The position numbers and the translations under genes were made by a program. A DNA stretch of 64,000 bases from assembly GCA_965112155.1 (NCBI GenBank), contig OZ218099.1; one strand, given 5' to 3'. The notes beneath the pieces are model-generated. The model saw only the letters and a list, made by a program, of their open reading frames with translations, was not told where the DNA came from and did not search any database. Of the stretch, positions 39,001 through 48,852 are shown in pieces. Within the stretch, counting starts at the first letter, position 1. Each line of letters starts with the position of its first letter. This stretch comes from Podarcis liolepis. Its lineage: Eukaryota.

Positions 39001-42000
39001 CTTTTTGTCCATGTTTCTCTAAGCATTTCTTCTCGGGCAAAAGAGTGAGAACTATTTTTTTGAAATGATTCTGCGAGTTGACTGTATTGTTTTCTGATGC
39101 GGAGCTTCATAAGCCATGTACCTTGCAGTAAAATATTCATGCAACTTCATACATTGCGATTGCACAGGGTTTGTTTTTGTTTGTTTTTTTGCAAAGATTT
39201 CATTTTTTAAAGTGTGAAGTATCGTGGGATGCCTGGCTGTGTACTAGATTTCAGATTTGAGAATCCTACCTGAATAAAATAAAATACTTTAAATGGGAAA
39301 CCTTTTGTACTTTGGATCCTTCTCTAAATCTTTCTACGTGAGTAGTAAAATAAGAAAACCTAGAAATCACCAGCTTCAATAAATTTATCTGTCACTTCAC
39401 AGGAAAGGTCAGCTTCCACCCCCCACTTCACATACACAAATGCCCATGTGCATATTTGAGCATGCCCCAGGGCTCTAGCAGAGCTTGATAGATGCTGAGA
39501 TAGCAGTGTTTTGATAGAGGTAATTTTCCTCAGATGGGTTTCAGCACCCCATGAATCAAAACCTGTCAGAGAGGAGCTAAAGATGGAGTGAAGTTTATTG
39601 TAAGCATGTTTGCATCTGACACTGGTGTGCTAGGGGGTCAAGTGAGTGAGATCATTAGAACCGTGTTGATTTAGTGGAATTGTTACACACTTTCCCTTTA
39701 GGCAATGAGTGGGGGGGTGGAGTGATTATTGGGAGTTACTGGAAAAATAAATAAAAACCTCAGTTCACTACAGTCTCTTACATACTCCACAACATCCGTT
39801 CATCCATTTAAAGTTGCTGTTCGGCTGTTCCCCCTCCCACCCTGCCCCACCCCCTGGTCAAATTGCCTTTAGGGCACAGAGATACTGACTTGCTTACTAT
39901 CAATGATTTAAGTAAGGAATGTAGTTTTTCCATGGTTAGCTGAACCAACTGCATTGGAATATGCATAAATTGCAGGCTGCAGTTACTACTAAGAACTTTC
40001 ACTGTCTTTACTAACTGGAAGATGGGAAGATGGATGCAGCAGAAGACACTGTGCCCTGGTATGTTTTGATATTATGAGGGCGTAATCAGGCCATATATTT
40101 TGCAGGTAAAATCCACATTGCACTAATCCACAGGGTTGTTTTACATGCAGGTTAATCTCAGGCAATAGTAGTGCATAACATATGAGTGGCTATGCATATA
40201 TCTTTTTTTATTTACATAGGTAAGGAAGCCGCTGCAGATATCATCTGACCAATTCTTGTGCCCTTAGGGGGGAAAATGACATCCTTGCTGCAGTTCACAA
40301 ACATTAATGCAGAGTTTAAAATAACCCTCGGGAATACCATTAAGTGCTGGCTATATTTTTATGCTGTTCCAAATGTCCTGTTTTACCCAGCATTATCTTA
40401 TTTTTGACATGTTCATTTTTCATATGAGATTTGTAAATTTATATGCTAACACTCAAAAGAAGAAAAAATATTGAAAACAGAAAAACGCATCTTGAAGTAG
40501 CATATTTACCGTATTTTTCGCCCTATAGGACGCACTTTTTCCCCTCCAAAAATGAAGGGGAAATGTGTGTGCGTCTTATGGGGCGAATGCAGGCTTTCAC
40601 TGAAGCCTGGAGAGCGAGAGGGGTCGGTGCGCACCGACCCCTCTCGCTCTCCAGGCTTCAGGAGAGCCCCAGCGCCAGCCCCACAAGGTCGGGGGACAGA
40701 GGGAGGTGGAACGCCGCCATCCCGCTGTCTCCCGAAGTGGTTTGGAGGCTGACAGCGGGGAGACCCCGCCGCCAGCCCCGCAAGCTCCGGGGACAGTGGG
40801 GAGGCGCAGCGCGTCTCCCCGCTGTCCCCGGACCTGATCTGAAGGCGGGCGGCAGGAAGAAGAGCGCTTCTCCCCGCTGCCGGCCCCACAAGCGCCTGGG
40901 GGGGGGAATAAATTTTTTTCCCTTTATTTCCCCCCAAAAAAACTTGATGCGTCCTATGGGCCGGTGCGTCCTATGGGGCGAAAAATACGGTATATAAGGT
41001 AACTGCACAGTGATGAGCGTGGATGTTACTGGTTCTCTGGTTTCGTCAGCTCATAGTACAATTTAGATATTTAAGCTTCACAACAGCTGTACTATAAAGA
41101 GTTGGTATTCTGTCTTTGTTAAACCAATCTTTCAAGGTGTTTACAATCCATTGGGGGGGCGGATCTCAGGAACTCCTGCATTTCTACTACCTCTGTGTGT
41201 ATGGCATGCAAGAAGGTCCAACAGCTCAGAATTCACACCCATCTCTCTGTGCTACATATGAGGAATACTCATCAGCCTCCTTTTGTTAGCTATACCAAAT
41301 ATTGTGTATCTGGGCTCATCAGGATCACTTGACAATTTGGGTTTGTGAAGGTCATGTAATAACATTTAATATAAAATAATTGTATCATATTTATAATGGC
41401 CTTCAGTTGTCAGGAAAAGGTTTAGTAGATGTGTTGGAGTGGAAAATTCATTGTGAAAAGTATTCTGTGGCCAGAGAAATGGCAAACCTGCAAAGTTAGA
41501 CAGTAACTGTTACGAAGTGTTACAAATGCGCAGAAGGCGTATCTGCATGCTGTTATGGTGACAACTGCCCCTGAGAAACTTCTGCATTTTTAATTAAACA
41601 TTTCAGTTGTTCCTGTTGCCACAACAGATGAAGTTGTCATAATTAATAAAGCTGAGCCTGGTTGCTATGGTGTCATTGATGTAAGGGATTGACATAATGA
41701 AGGCAGTCCCACCACTCGCTGAGAAGGTGTTGAGCGCAACTACTGTGACAAAAGTTGCCTGCTGCACCAGTGATGTCATTGGGCTTGCTTTGTGAATTGA
41801 TTGATATTTTGTTTCGCATTTGTTTTAACAGTGCTGCTTGTCATGGCTTGACCGATTAATATCAATTAATCAAAGCTGAACAAATCATCATTATTTGTAC
41901 AGATGTAATGTGGAGGAAAGGGAGGCTTTATATAGTCATAGGAAGAGTTCTATCCTGGGTTTTTTTATTCTCACAAGTCAAGTCATTTTAATACAATCCA

Positions 42001-45000
42001 GCTTGAAAGCAAGGTTCAAAGTGCTTAATGGATGTGGGAAGCTGTGCATTCAGCTAGGAGTTCATAGAGACCAGCAATGCAGTTAAAGGTTTTAGCTTGT
42101 TTCATTTCTCATTTCCACCATTCTGCTGATTCTTGCATCCTCAAGCATGATGGTTGTGAAAGCCTGTCATTACTCCAATGCCTCTCATGGCCAGCACTGC
42201 TGGATAATCAAATAGGGCAGAGGGGAGGTTGTAAATGTGTTGTGTGAGCAGGTGAGGAGAATTACAGGAATAGAGGAAGGTAATTGGACAGTCTTTTGCT
42301 GCTGAAAATAGCACAAGAGAACTCCCATGGCAAATGGATGAGGTGGAGGTTCTTAAAAGGTAATGATGGCTTGATTATTACTGTAGACCAAGGCCACCAG
42401 CATGGTTAAAGGTTAAGAGAGTAAAAAAGCCTCAGGCTTATGGAAAATCAACAGAAGAGATCTGAAGTACCTGCATAAGCCAACATTTATTTCATAATTG
42501 AAATGGAATTTATAAAGATAAGCTCAGTGCCGTACAGGCCAACTTAATGAAAATGTTTCCATTAGAATGGGAGAAAAATGACTTAAAAGATGACCTTTTA
42601 AGAAAGGGGGAAATTAAAATGGCGGAGAAGATGCATTTTATATATGTAGGTAGCTTTTATATTTTGTATACTGCAAAATACCATATATGTTCTTAAGTCT
42701 TGTGCAGTAGTGCCTAAAGAATGAGTATCTGCCATGTGTTCGGATCACTTAATCAAATAACCTTCTATTCACATTAACAAGATAACAATATCCTAAAGCA
42801 GATTTAACAAGCTGCCTCAGTGATGACTGTGAACTACTATAATGAGAACAGCCTTAAATTGCATGTTGTGCTTTCTTAATGTTCTGTAGATCCGAACTAT
42901 GTTAGATAGCAGATTCTGGGTTTTCTGCCCTTCAGCCTGTGTGTAACAATTCCACTATATCAACACTGTTCTAATGATCTCACTCACTTGACCCCCTAAC
43001 ACACCAGTGTCAGATGCAAAAAAATGCTTGAATACTCCAGATTATCTATATCTACATACAGAACACTAAACCATGGTTTATTTAACACCAAGTCAATGAT
43101 CCCCAGAAACCTGAGCAAAGAATTGGGCTCATGTGCTTTCCTTTCCTTTGCACAAGGGGTTATTGAGCTGATTTGTTCAACTGAACATTATGTGCAAACT
43201 GGAATCTCTGGTAAGTTCATTACCCCAAGCCAAGATTCTTTGAAAGCAAAACTAAACTCATATCTTACACACATTTAACTTGTATGCATTCAGCTTTATG
43301 CACTTGGCAAAAAAAGTAAGGGAAAAAATGGGAGGAAAGGGGTAGGTGTCTGAGAAAAGAGACTTTGACAACCCCTCCCGCCATTGTGTTTTGACTATAC
43401 AGTATGAGATTTTGGCTTTAACCGCGATTCTTGGAACATCACCCCCTGTAAGCTGCTGGCTTACTGTACAGCAGAAACAGGAGTGGGGAGGGAAGAACAT
43501 GAGCTTTGCTCAGAGTTGTGGAGGCTCACTCATGTAAGCACTGAACCCTGGTTTAGCGTAATGCGTGAAGCAAAAATACTGTGACTTGATTCACACATCA
43601 TGGTAAGCCAAACCCGCTTACTGGGGTCACTCAAACATATGACTGCTTAGTTCCTCCTGTCTTTTATACCACCAACCTGCACTGAGCTAAGCCAGGGTTT
43701 GGCTTAACATGCCATTATAATGTAGGCTTACTATTAAGCTCTCCGCTTGCTAACCACGTGCTATATCTCAGATTTGTCCTTTGAAGTTTTTCAAATAAAC
43801 AAACAAATATGGCTAGGAAAGAGAAACAGAGAGAGCTAGCACATAGAGTGTTGCATAGTGGTTTTCAAGGTGGAAAAATACATTTGAAGCTATTCCAGAT
43901 GCCAGTCCCAGTTTATAATGACTAAGATTTACACAGTCAGTGTCACAACAGCGGAAGTGCAGTGATGAGCATCAGGAGAGAGGAATAAAGAAGAGAAGTA
44001 TCTGAAGTAAGAGTATATGCTCCCTGAAAAATTATTTACACGGCTGTTTTAGTTCTGTATGTACTACATAATAAGGATATGTCATAGAAGCACAATCTTT
44101 GGGCAAGCCTGAGACTAGAAAATTAAAATATAAGGACATCTAGCTTGTTCAGAGACCTGGCCTCCTGTTCCATGAACTTCATAAAAACACATATTCTCCA
44201 TCCAGAGAAGGGTTTCAACTGTTATCGGAATAACAGTTAGTTCTGAAAACTATGTTCTTCTGTAAATTCCCTTCCAGCAAATGGTTCTATGAGACTAAGA
44301 AAGAAGCAGAATCACCAACTAGAATGATTTTATTGGGTGATACAGACAACTTAACACTTTCTCCCTTCTTTTTTGTATAGACGGAAGATGATGAAAAGCT
44401 CAAAAAAAGAAAGGAGAGGTTTGGTATCGTAACAAGCTCGGCTGGGGCAGCAACCACAGAAGATGCAGAGGTAACTTGTCAAACCAAAGCTGATAAGGGG
44501 CATGTTCTATTATTATAATGGTGTGGGTAGAAGCTGAGGACAATTTGTGATGAATTGTGAAAGAATGCCAAACACTCCACAAGATGGCACTGTGTCTCTT
44601 TTATCCTGTTCTCTGCCCCCACCCCCATGGTCCCACTAAACTATCCTAGGTGGTCATATAATACTTCAGATACTCCATCAATGGGCGACCTCAGAAATTG
44701 CTTCTTTTCCACTTCAAAGATAATACATTAGGTCATTACTGTGCTTTGTGCGGGGAGGTGGGTATTTTCGGGGGGGGGGGGAATAATCTATATTGCTTCA
44801 GATTTTTCTATCACTATCTTGATGAGAAAGAGGATGCTATAAGCTTATAGTTGCTAACTTTATCCTCATAACAACCCCTGTGAATTGTCCAAGACCACCC
44901 AGTTAGTTGGAACTGGAATCTGGGTCATCAGGTCCAAACCCAGCTTTCTATCCATTGCAGTGGTAGCATGGTGATTTTCAATTTGATGTGAAACAAATAC

Positions 45001-46535
45001 CATGCTGGGTGTATGGAACATTATCTACCTGCCTCTTTATACCACTAAGAAAAAAACTGCCTACTGAAATCAATGGCAAGGAGAATGGTCTAAATAAATG
45101 TCCAACAAAAGCGAGATTTTGATGTTGTCGATTTTAGAAGCTTGAACCCCACACTTGGCTTCTTTATTTTTGCACCATGCTGTAAGTTTATTCACCTCAC
45201 GAAAATATCACAGAAGGGTACTAAAGGAATCCAATGTTGTTTTATAATAGCAGTTTGTTTGTTTATTTTGTACAATAACAATTTCATTTTATACTAAATT
45301 TGTTAGTCTTTAAGGTGCCACAAGACCCACTGATTCTGCTGCAAGCGACTGACATAGCCTATGTCTCTGTATAAAATTATTATTTTTCCTGTTGAAACCT
45401 AGGGGTTTTCCCCAGACATTTCATAGTTATCCTAACACTTCAGTAGTGCTTTCCTCATGTCACATTTTGCAAATTCTTTGTGGCAAGAATCTGTCGTCTT
45501 ATGTGTCTTATGATCCCTTCTTTGAACTTTTTGCCTAATTTTAATCCTCCTACTCTAGCATGACAATTCTTTGTTTCTGTAAATCCATATTCATGCTAAT
45601 TGTGATTGGTATTGAGCCATAATGCCCATCACAAGGGGTCCTATTTTGCCTATGGAATGGAAGCAGTATTTGGGTCCCTGATTCCTCCTCCTTTGAGGAA
45701 TCCTGGATATTCTATGCAGGAAGTTTATTTTCTTTGGCATCTTGTGTGGGGTTCAGATATGGTTTGGTGCTTTTTGTTTTTGCCAGATGCTATGCAAGCA
45801 TTGCGCTACAAAATGAAGTAGCAGCTATAGAATGATCCCCCTGTTCAATTTGAGCGAAGGGGGTGGCTGGGCTCTGGTCTGAGGGATTCCATGCTTTTCC
45901 GTTAGGTCACTTAGAGAGTGTGCCTGAAACAAAAAGGTCTTTTTCTAGTATTGTATATGCTGAATGGCACCTTTCCCCTGGAGATTCTTGATTAGGACTT
46001 CTGCTACCCCCTAGGCTATTTATCCTGGTAAAAATTAAGATTTATATGCCCCTGGTGTATTAACTTGGAGGCATATCTCAGAGACGCATGAGTATATTTA
46101 ATGCATTTGACTGTGTCCCTCTCGCCTTCCTCATGAATAGAAGAGTGTTAACCCTTTGGCCTTTTACATTTCCCACCTCCCCATTGCCTGGAAGGCTTTC
46201 CAGGCCTGTAAAGTGGTCATTGTTCCAAGCATAGCTCTCTTGTATAACCCAGCAAGATGAAGCAACCACCAGGCCACTGTATCTCATGCTTTTACAGCTT
46301 AATTTCTGACTCTGGTTGGAGGCCCTGTTGCAATTGCAGTGCCCCTTGTGAAATTTGATATGAAAAATGCTTTCTTAAACCAACACTGTGACACTTCTTA
46401 TAGACTTTCTACCTTTCCTTCTGCCAAAACACATGCTCAGCATTGCCATTCCCCTTGTTCTTGATTTTCTCTCTCTTTAATCCCTATTTGCAGGCAAAGA
46501 AGAGAAAAAGAGCAGAACGTTTTGGCATCGTCTGA
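1502..46535 (+). CDS. SARNP: SARNP (SAP domain-containing ribonucleoprotein, CIP29), 5'-partial spliced CDS: join(1502..1548,3235..3302,7336..7387,11407..11480,12432..12460,13406..13431,15926..15994,44381..44470,46494..46535)
   Basis: Nine GT-AG exons join in frame to [165 protein letters not shown]. This matches the C-terminal ~165 aa of vertebrate SARNP, including five RxxRF(G/N) motifs. Confidence 0.97.
3235..3302 (+). CDS. SARNP: SARNP coding exon 4 (68 bp)
   Basis: gttgcag|GAGGAA...GAAGT|gtaatt; encodes [22 protein letters not shown](V); phase fits both neighbours. Confidence 0.9.
3823..3848. repeat. (TC)n microsatellite
   Basis: tctctctctctttctctctctctctc. Confidence 0.9.
5284..5317 (+). 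promoter_or_regulatory. Candidate CTCF site with upstream motif
   Basis: TGTAGTGGC-N6-TAGGCAGCAGGGGGTGCCC resembles the CTCF upstream module plus core; motif match only. Confidence 0.45.
7336..7387 (+). CDS. SARNP: SARNP coding exon 5 (52 bp)
   Basis: cctctag|AGGTGCAG...ACGGAG|gtaagg; encodes [17 protein letters not shown]. Confidence 0.95.
8329..8896 (+). mobile_element. RTE-BovB LINE, 5'-truncated 3' fragment
   Basis: Open frame [51 protein letters not shown]...[19 protein letters not shown] is the BovB ORF C-terminus; (CAA)n tail. Confidence 0.95.
11407..11480 (+). CDS. SARNP: SARNP coding exon 6 (74 bp)
   Basis: ctttag|AGAATG...GCTCG|gtaagt; encodes [24 protein letters not shown](R). 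Confidence 0.97.
12432..12460 (+). CDS. SARNP: SARNP coding exon 7 (29 bp)
   Basis: ctccacag|GTTTGGT...AAAG|gtatgt; encodes FGMPAASTK(G). Confidence 0.92.
13406..13431 (+). CDS. SARNP: SARNP coding exon 8 (26 bp)
   Basis: tatttcag|GTCTTGTG...ACTACA|gtaagt; encodes (G)LVTESKTT and restores phase 0 for exon 9. Confidence 0.88.
13870..14620 (+). mobile_element. Old, degraded L2-type LINE 3' end
   Basis: Remnant ORF end ...FFCEAFG and an L2-like 3'UTR (tagattgtcaattctttgagataggagcc); boundaries approximate. Confidence 0.45.
15926..15994 (+). CDS. SARNP: SARNP coding exon 9 (69 bp)
   Basis: ttttctag|GTAAAT...AAAAAG|gtaagg; encodes [23 protein letters not shown]. Confidence 0.96.
20010..20352. 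mobile_element. Palindromic MITE (PIF/Harbinger-like); related decayed copies near 7.8-8.2, 30.1-30.3 and 43.3-43.8 kb
   Basis: Long imperfect TIRs gttcacacataactctaagccgaactttggtttagtgtaaacaa / ttgtttgtgctaaaccatggtttggcttagtgttatgtgggaac. Confidence 0.6.
24478..24597. mobile_element. hAT-like MITE inserted in the DIRS RT region
   Basis: CAGGGAT...ATCCCTG termini; 8-bp TSD ACCTACAG/AGCTACAG (7/8). Confidence 0.7.
25550..25893. mobile_element. Tc1/mariner (Tigger/pogo-like) MITE
   Basis: TIR CAGTGGTGCCTCGCAAGACGAA (21/22 between ends); TA TSD. Confidence 0.92.
25932..26173. mobile_element. Tc1/mariner (Tigger/pogo-like) MITE
   Basis: TIRs CAGTGGTACCTCAGGTTACATAC / GTACGTAACCCGAGGTACCACAG; TA TSD. 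Confidence 0.9.
29643..30042 (+). mobile_element. L2-clade LINE 3' fragment with (TTA)n tail
   Basis: Near-identical to 53607-53945; [15 protein letters not shown]2 C-terminal motif; ends in a microsatellite tail. Confidence 0.85.
29982..30042. repeat. (ATT)~20 microsatellite (LINE tail)
   Basis: Pure ATT run; source of the poly-L/I/Y pseudo-ORFs. Confidence 0.97.
34126..34471 (+). mobile_element. Sauria SINE
   Basis: GGGAC..GGTGGCGCTGTGGGTTAAACC head, (ACCTTT)n tail, 13-bp TSD AA(A/G)CAGATTGAAA. Confidence 0.93.
36269..36860 (-). mobile_element. CR1 LINE 3' fragment
   Basis: [45 protein letters not shown]... and octamer (GATTCTAT)n tail. Confidence 0.95.
37356..37491. mobile_element. hAT-like palindromic MITE
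   Basis: TIRs CAGGCACCCCCAACC / GGTTGGGGATGCCTG; internal inverted CTACAACTCCCA / TGGGAATTGTAG. Confidence 0.85.
37697..38003. mobile_element. hAT-superfamily MITE
   Basis: Perfect 8-bp TSD TGCTAGAT (37689-37696, 38004-38011); subterminal GGCCC(G) motifs; internal ~70-bp tandem duplication. Confidence 0.88.
38406..38556 (-). mobile_element. tRNA(Ile)-derived SINE with CR1-type 3' tail
   Basis: - strand TAGCTCAGTTGGTGAGAATGTGGTGCTGATAGCGCTGAGGTTGCGGGTTCAATCC head joined to a CR1-like tail ending in ATTCTATGATTC. Confidence 0.8.
40509..40990. mobile_element. Young GC/CpG-rich Tc1/mariner (pogo-like) MITE
   Basis: TIR CCGTATTTTTCGCCC(T/C)ATAGGACGCAC (26/27); TA TSD; internal perfect palindrome. 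Confidence 0.92.
41540..41900. promoter_or_regulatory. Candidate developmental enhancer / conserved non-coding element
   Basis: Seven TGACA/TGTCA pentamers in 285 bp, RFX-like GTTGCTATGGTGTC, TGATTGAT, ATCAAAG and several TAATTA/ATTAAT; motif evidence only. Confidence 0.45.
44381..44470 (+). CDS. SARNP: SARNP coding exon 10 (90 bp)
   Basis: ttttgtatag|ACGGAA...GCAGAG|gtaact; encodes [30 protein letters not shown]. Confidence 0.97.
44574..44592 (+). promoter_or_regulatory. Candidate CTCF site
   Basis: CCACAAGATGGCAC matches the CTCF core. Confidence 0.4.
45299..45370 (+). mobile_element. Penelope-like terminal fragment
   Basis: ttgttagtctttaaggtgccacaagac...gctgcaagcgactgacatagcct; related copy at ~48780-48852. 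Confidence 0.45.
46494..46535 (+). CDS. SARNP: SARNP last coding exon 11 (coding part)
   Basis: tatttgcag|GCAAAG...GTCTGA; encodes [13 protein letters not shown]; tandem TGA TGA stops. Confidence 0.96.
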   Translation, partial: AKKRKRAERFGIV

Positions 46536-46727
46536 TGACCCTTCCTCTTAGCCTTTACTTGTTTGGGATGTATCTTTTATACATTCTTGTTCTTCGTCCC
46601 TAATGAGGAATATAATTTTCTCCCCCACACAAATCTTGGCTTTGTATTTTAAAACGAGCTCTTCATTTGGGCTTTCCCCTCACCCCTCCCTGGCAGACTT
46701 GTAAAAGAAACAAATTTCAGAGCCTAG

Positions 46728-46733
46728 AATAAA
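46728..46733 (+). terminator. SARNP proximal polyadenylation signal
   Basis: AATAAA ~190 nt after the stop, followed by GT-rich gtgttctgtttgtgtatgt. Confidence 0.65.
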
Positions 46734-48779
46734 AGTGTTCTGTTTGTGTATGTAACAATTGGAATTCTCTGGCAAATTCTCTCGTTAGCCACTTGTAACC
46801 AAACTATGCCTCCAACTTGCTTCCTCTTGGTACAGATGAAAGCAGCTGCACAAAATAAAGGGATTTGCAAAATATGAGGAATATTAATATTTTTGTCACA
46901 TTATTGAACTCCAGTTGAAGTAGTACGTAAATCCAGAGCTGTCTGAACCTTCCCTGTAATTTTACAAAGCCGTTCATTGTCTCTTTATTTCAATTCTCAC
47001 ATTGCCCATGGCTCAGAAATAGTCTTCCTCTTCTGTGTCTACTGTTTAGTAAAATAACTCAAAACGTTCATCTGTCTCACCTGACTGACCCCAATCTGAA
47101 ACTGTTTTTATACTTAAAAGTATTTATCTCCTTGGGTTCTGCTAAAAGTTCTCTAACATTAGGTCTTAGGAAGTCATATGATGTCAGCCTTACATCTATA
47201 TGGGTCATATATTATTGTCAGCTGAAGCATTAGTCCTTTTTTTAATGCCTTGTGCAGCTATTATGTATTCTAAATGATGTTTTTAACCCATATAATGGGA
47301 TGAATTGTATCAGACTGTGACTGGCTGCAGTATAGAGCATCCCAGGATGCGGAAAGTGAAAAACTTTACCATGAGTTTCTGAAAGTTCATTTACTGCAAA
47401 TGCTGATAATTCCCTTCTCTGAAAGTAGCATCAAAAAGCTCTAAGATTATAGCTGTGGAAAGAATTGTTGTAAAATGTAATGTTCAAGTTCACTGTTTTT
47501 ACACTACTTTCATTTACCAGGTGGATTTTCAGATTGCACTGTTTTTTGTTTCTCTTTTGAGTCAAAATGCTTCTAGTTGCAATTTAATAAAGATAACAAA
47601 TTGGAGAAAGCCTCTGTCCTATCACATTGTTGCATCTCATTTTCTTCCAAATAACTTATTCATGCTTGTTTCAGAAGTGCGGGGCTATCTCACCAAAAAT
47701 ATACCTCTGTCCAAGTGATTCCATCTTTATTCCTGTTTTATTTCATATAACCAAAACCCCTTTTTACAGGTATATTTCATATTTTATATAGGGAAGAAGT
47801 TACTAGACTTTTTCTATGTACTAAAGGTATCCTTTCCTGTTTGTGTCTGGATTTATATACTGTTATTGGTTTGGCTTTTGGAATGAATGTTGTTCCGTTT
47901 GTGCTCCAAGTATGTGTGTTGGGGGGGGGGTATCCTAATTTTTCATTCAAAGGTGAATGGCTTTTTTTTGTATCCAACACACAACTCCTTTCTTTTGTGT
48001 ATAATACAGATTAAAGAATGCATTTAAAAGCCATTAGCTGACTCTTGTTGATTTTATACTGAATTCATTAAATGTTGTGTGTTTTATTTGTGCTTTTCCA
48101 GGGTGCTTGTGCTTTCATTATCCATGCTATCTCTGAGCAATTTTCTAATGATCTGGTCCTGAGGTCGTATGGTATCAGTTCAACACCCTAATTTCTCAAA
48201 ATGAATATTGTGATTTTATTTTATATGTTTAATTTTGTAATATGTGTTTTCTACTCATAAACTTTTGGCAGTTTGATTACTTGGTTGAAATGTTTTGTAG
48301 CTTATGATGAAACCAGAACTGCATTGCATTCCTGGTTTCATAACAAAACTGCTTCTTTTTGTATCTTGCTCTTTGAGAGATCAGAGCATAACTGAATGTA
48401 CCTTTTGTGTTTACATCTACTGGCATGCAAGTTTACAAAACTGCAGCTAAGGGAACATGTAATGGTCTTGCTTAATTAGTTCTCAGTGTGGAGTTTTAAC
48501 TGTAGAAAATGCATAATTCTGATTATTCGTTTTCAATACTACACTGAGTTTCAGTTAATCATAGGATTTTTCTCATATATTCTGGTTATTTCTGTTTATC
48601 CAACTTGCACCAAATGAAAGAAGAGAGAAGGGGTGCACAGGTTCTCCCCTTCTGAAAGCAGTACTATAGCAACCAAGGTCACATCATTTGGGTTTTTTTC
48701 TAAAATATCTATACATATCGCTAAGAAATTATATGTTTAAGTTTATGAAACAGCTTGTAGTTATTAGCCGTAATAATTT

Positions 48780-48852
48780 TTGTTGATGTTTAGGGCGCCA
48801 CGAGATTCTTAGGTTTTGCTGCAAGAAACTAACATGGCTACCCATCTGGAAA
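48780..48852 (+). mobile_element. Penelope-like terminal fragment
   Basis: tttagggcgccacgagattctt..ttttgctgcaagaaactaacatggctacccatctgg; similar to the 45.3 kb copy. Confidence 0.45.

Noticed and set aside
40443-41008. Four overlapping 66-184 aa ORFs on both strands
   Set aside because: They arise from GC-rich, palindromic MITE sequence that lacks stops; no transposase motifs.
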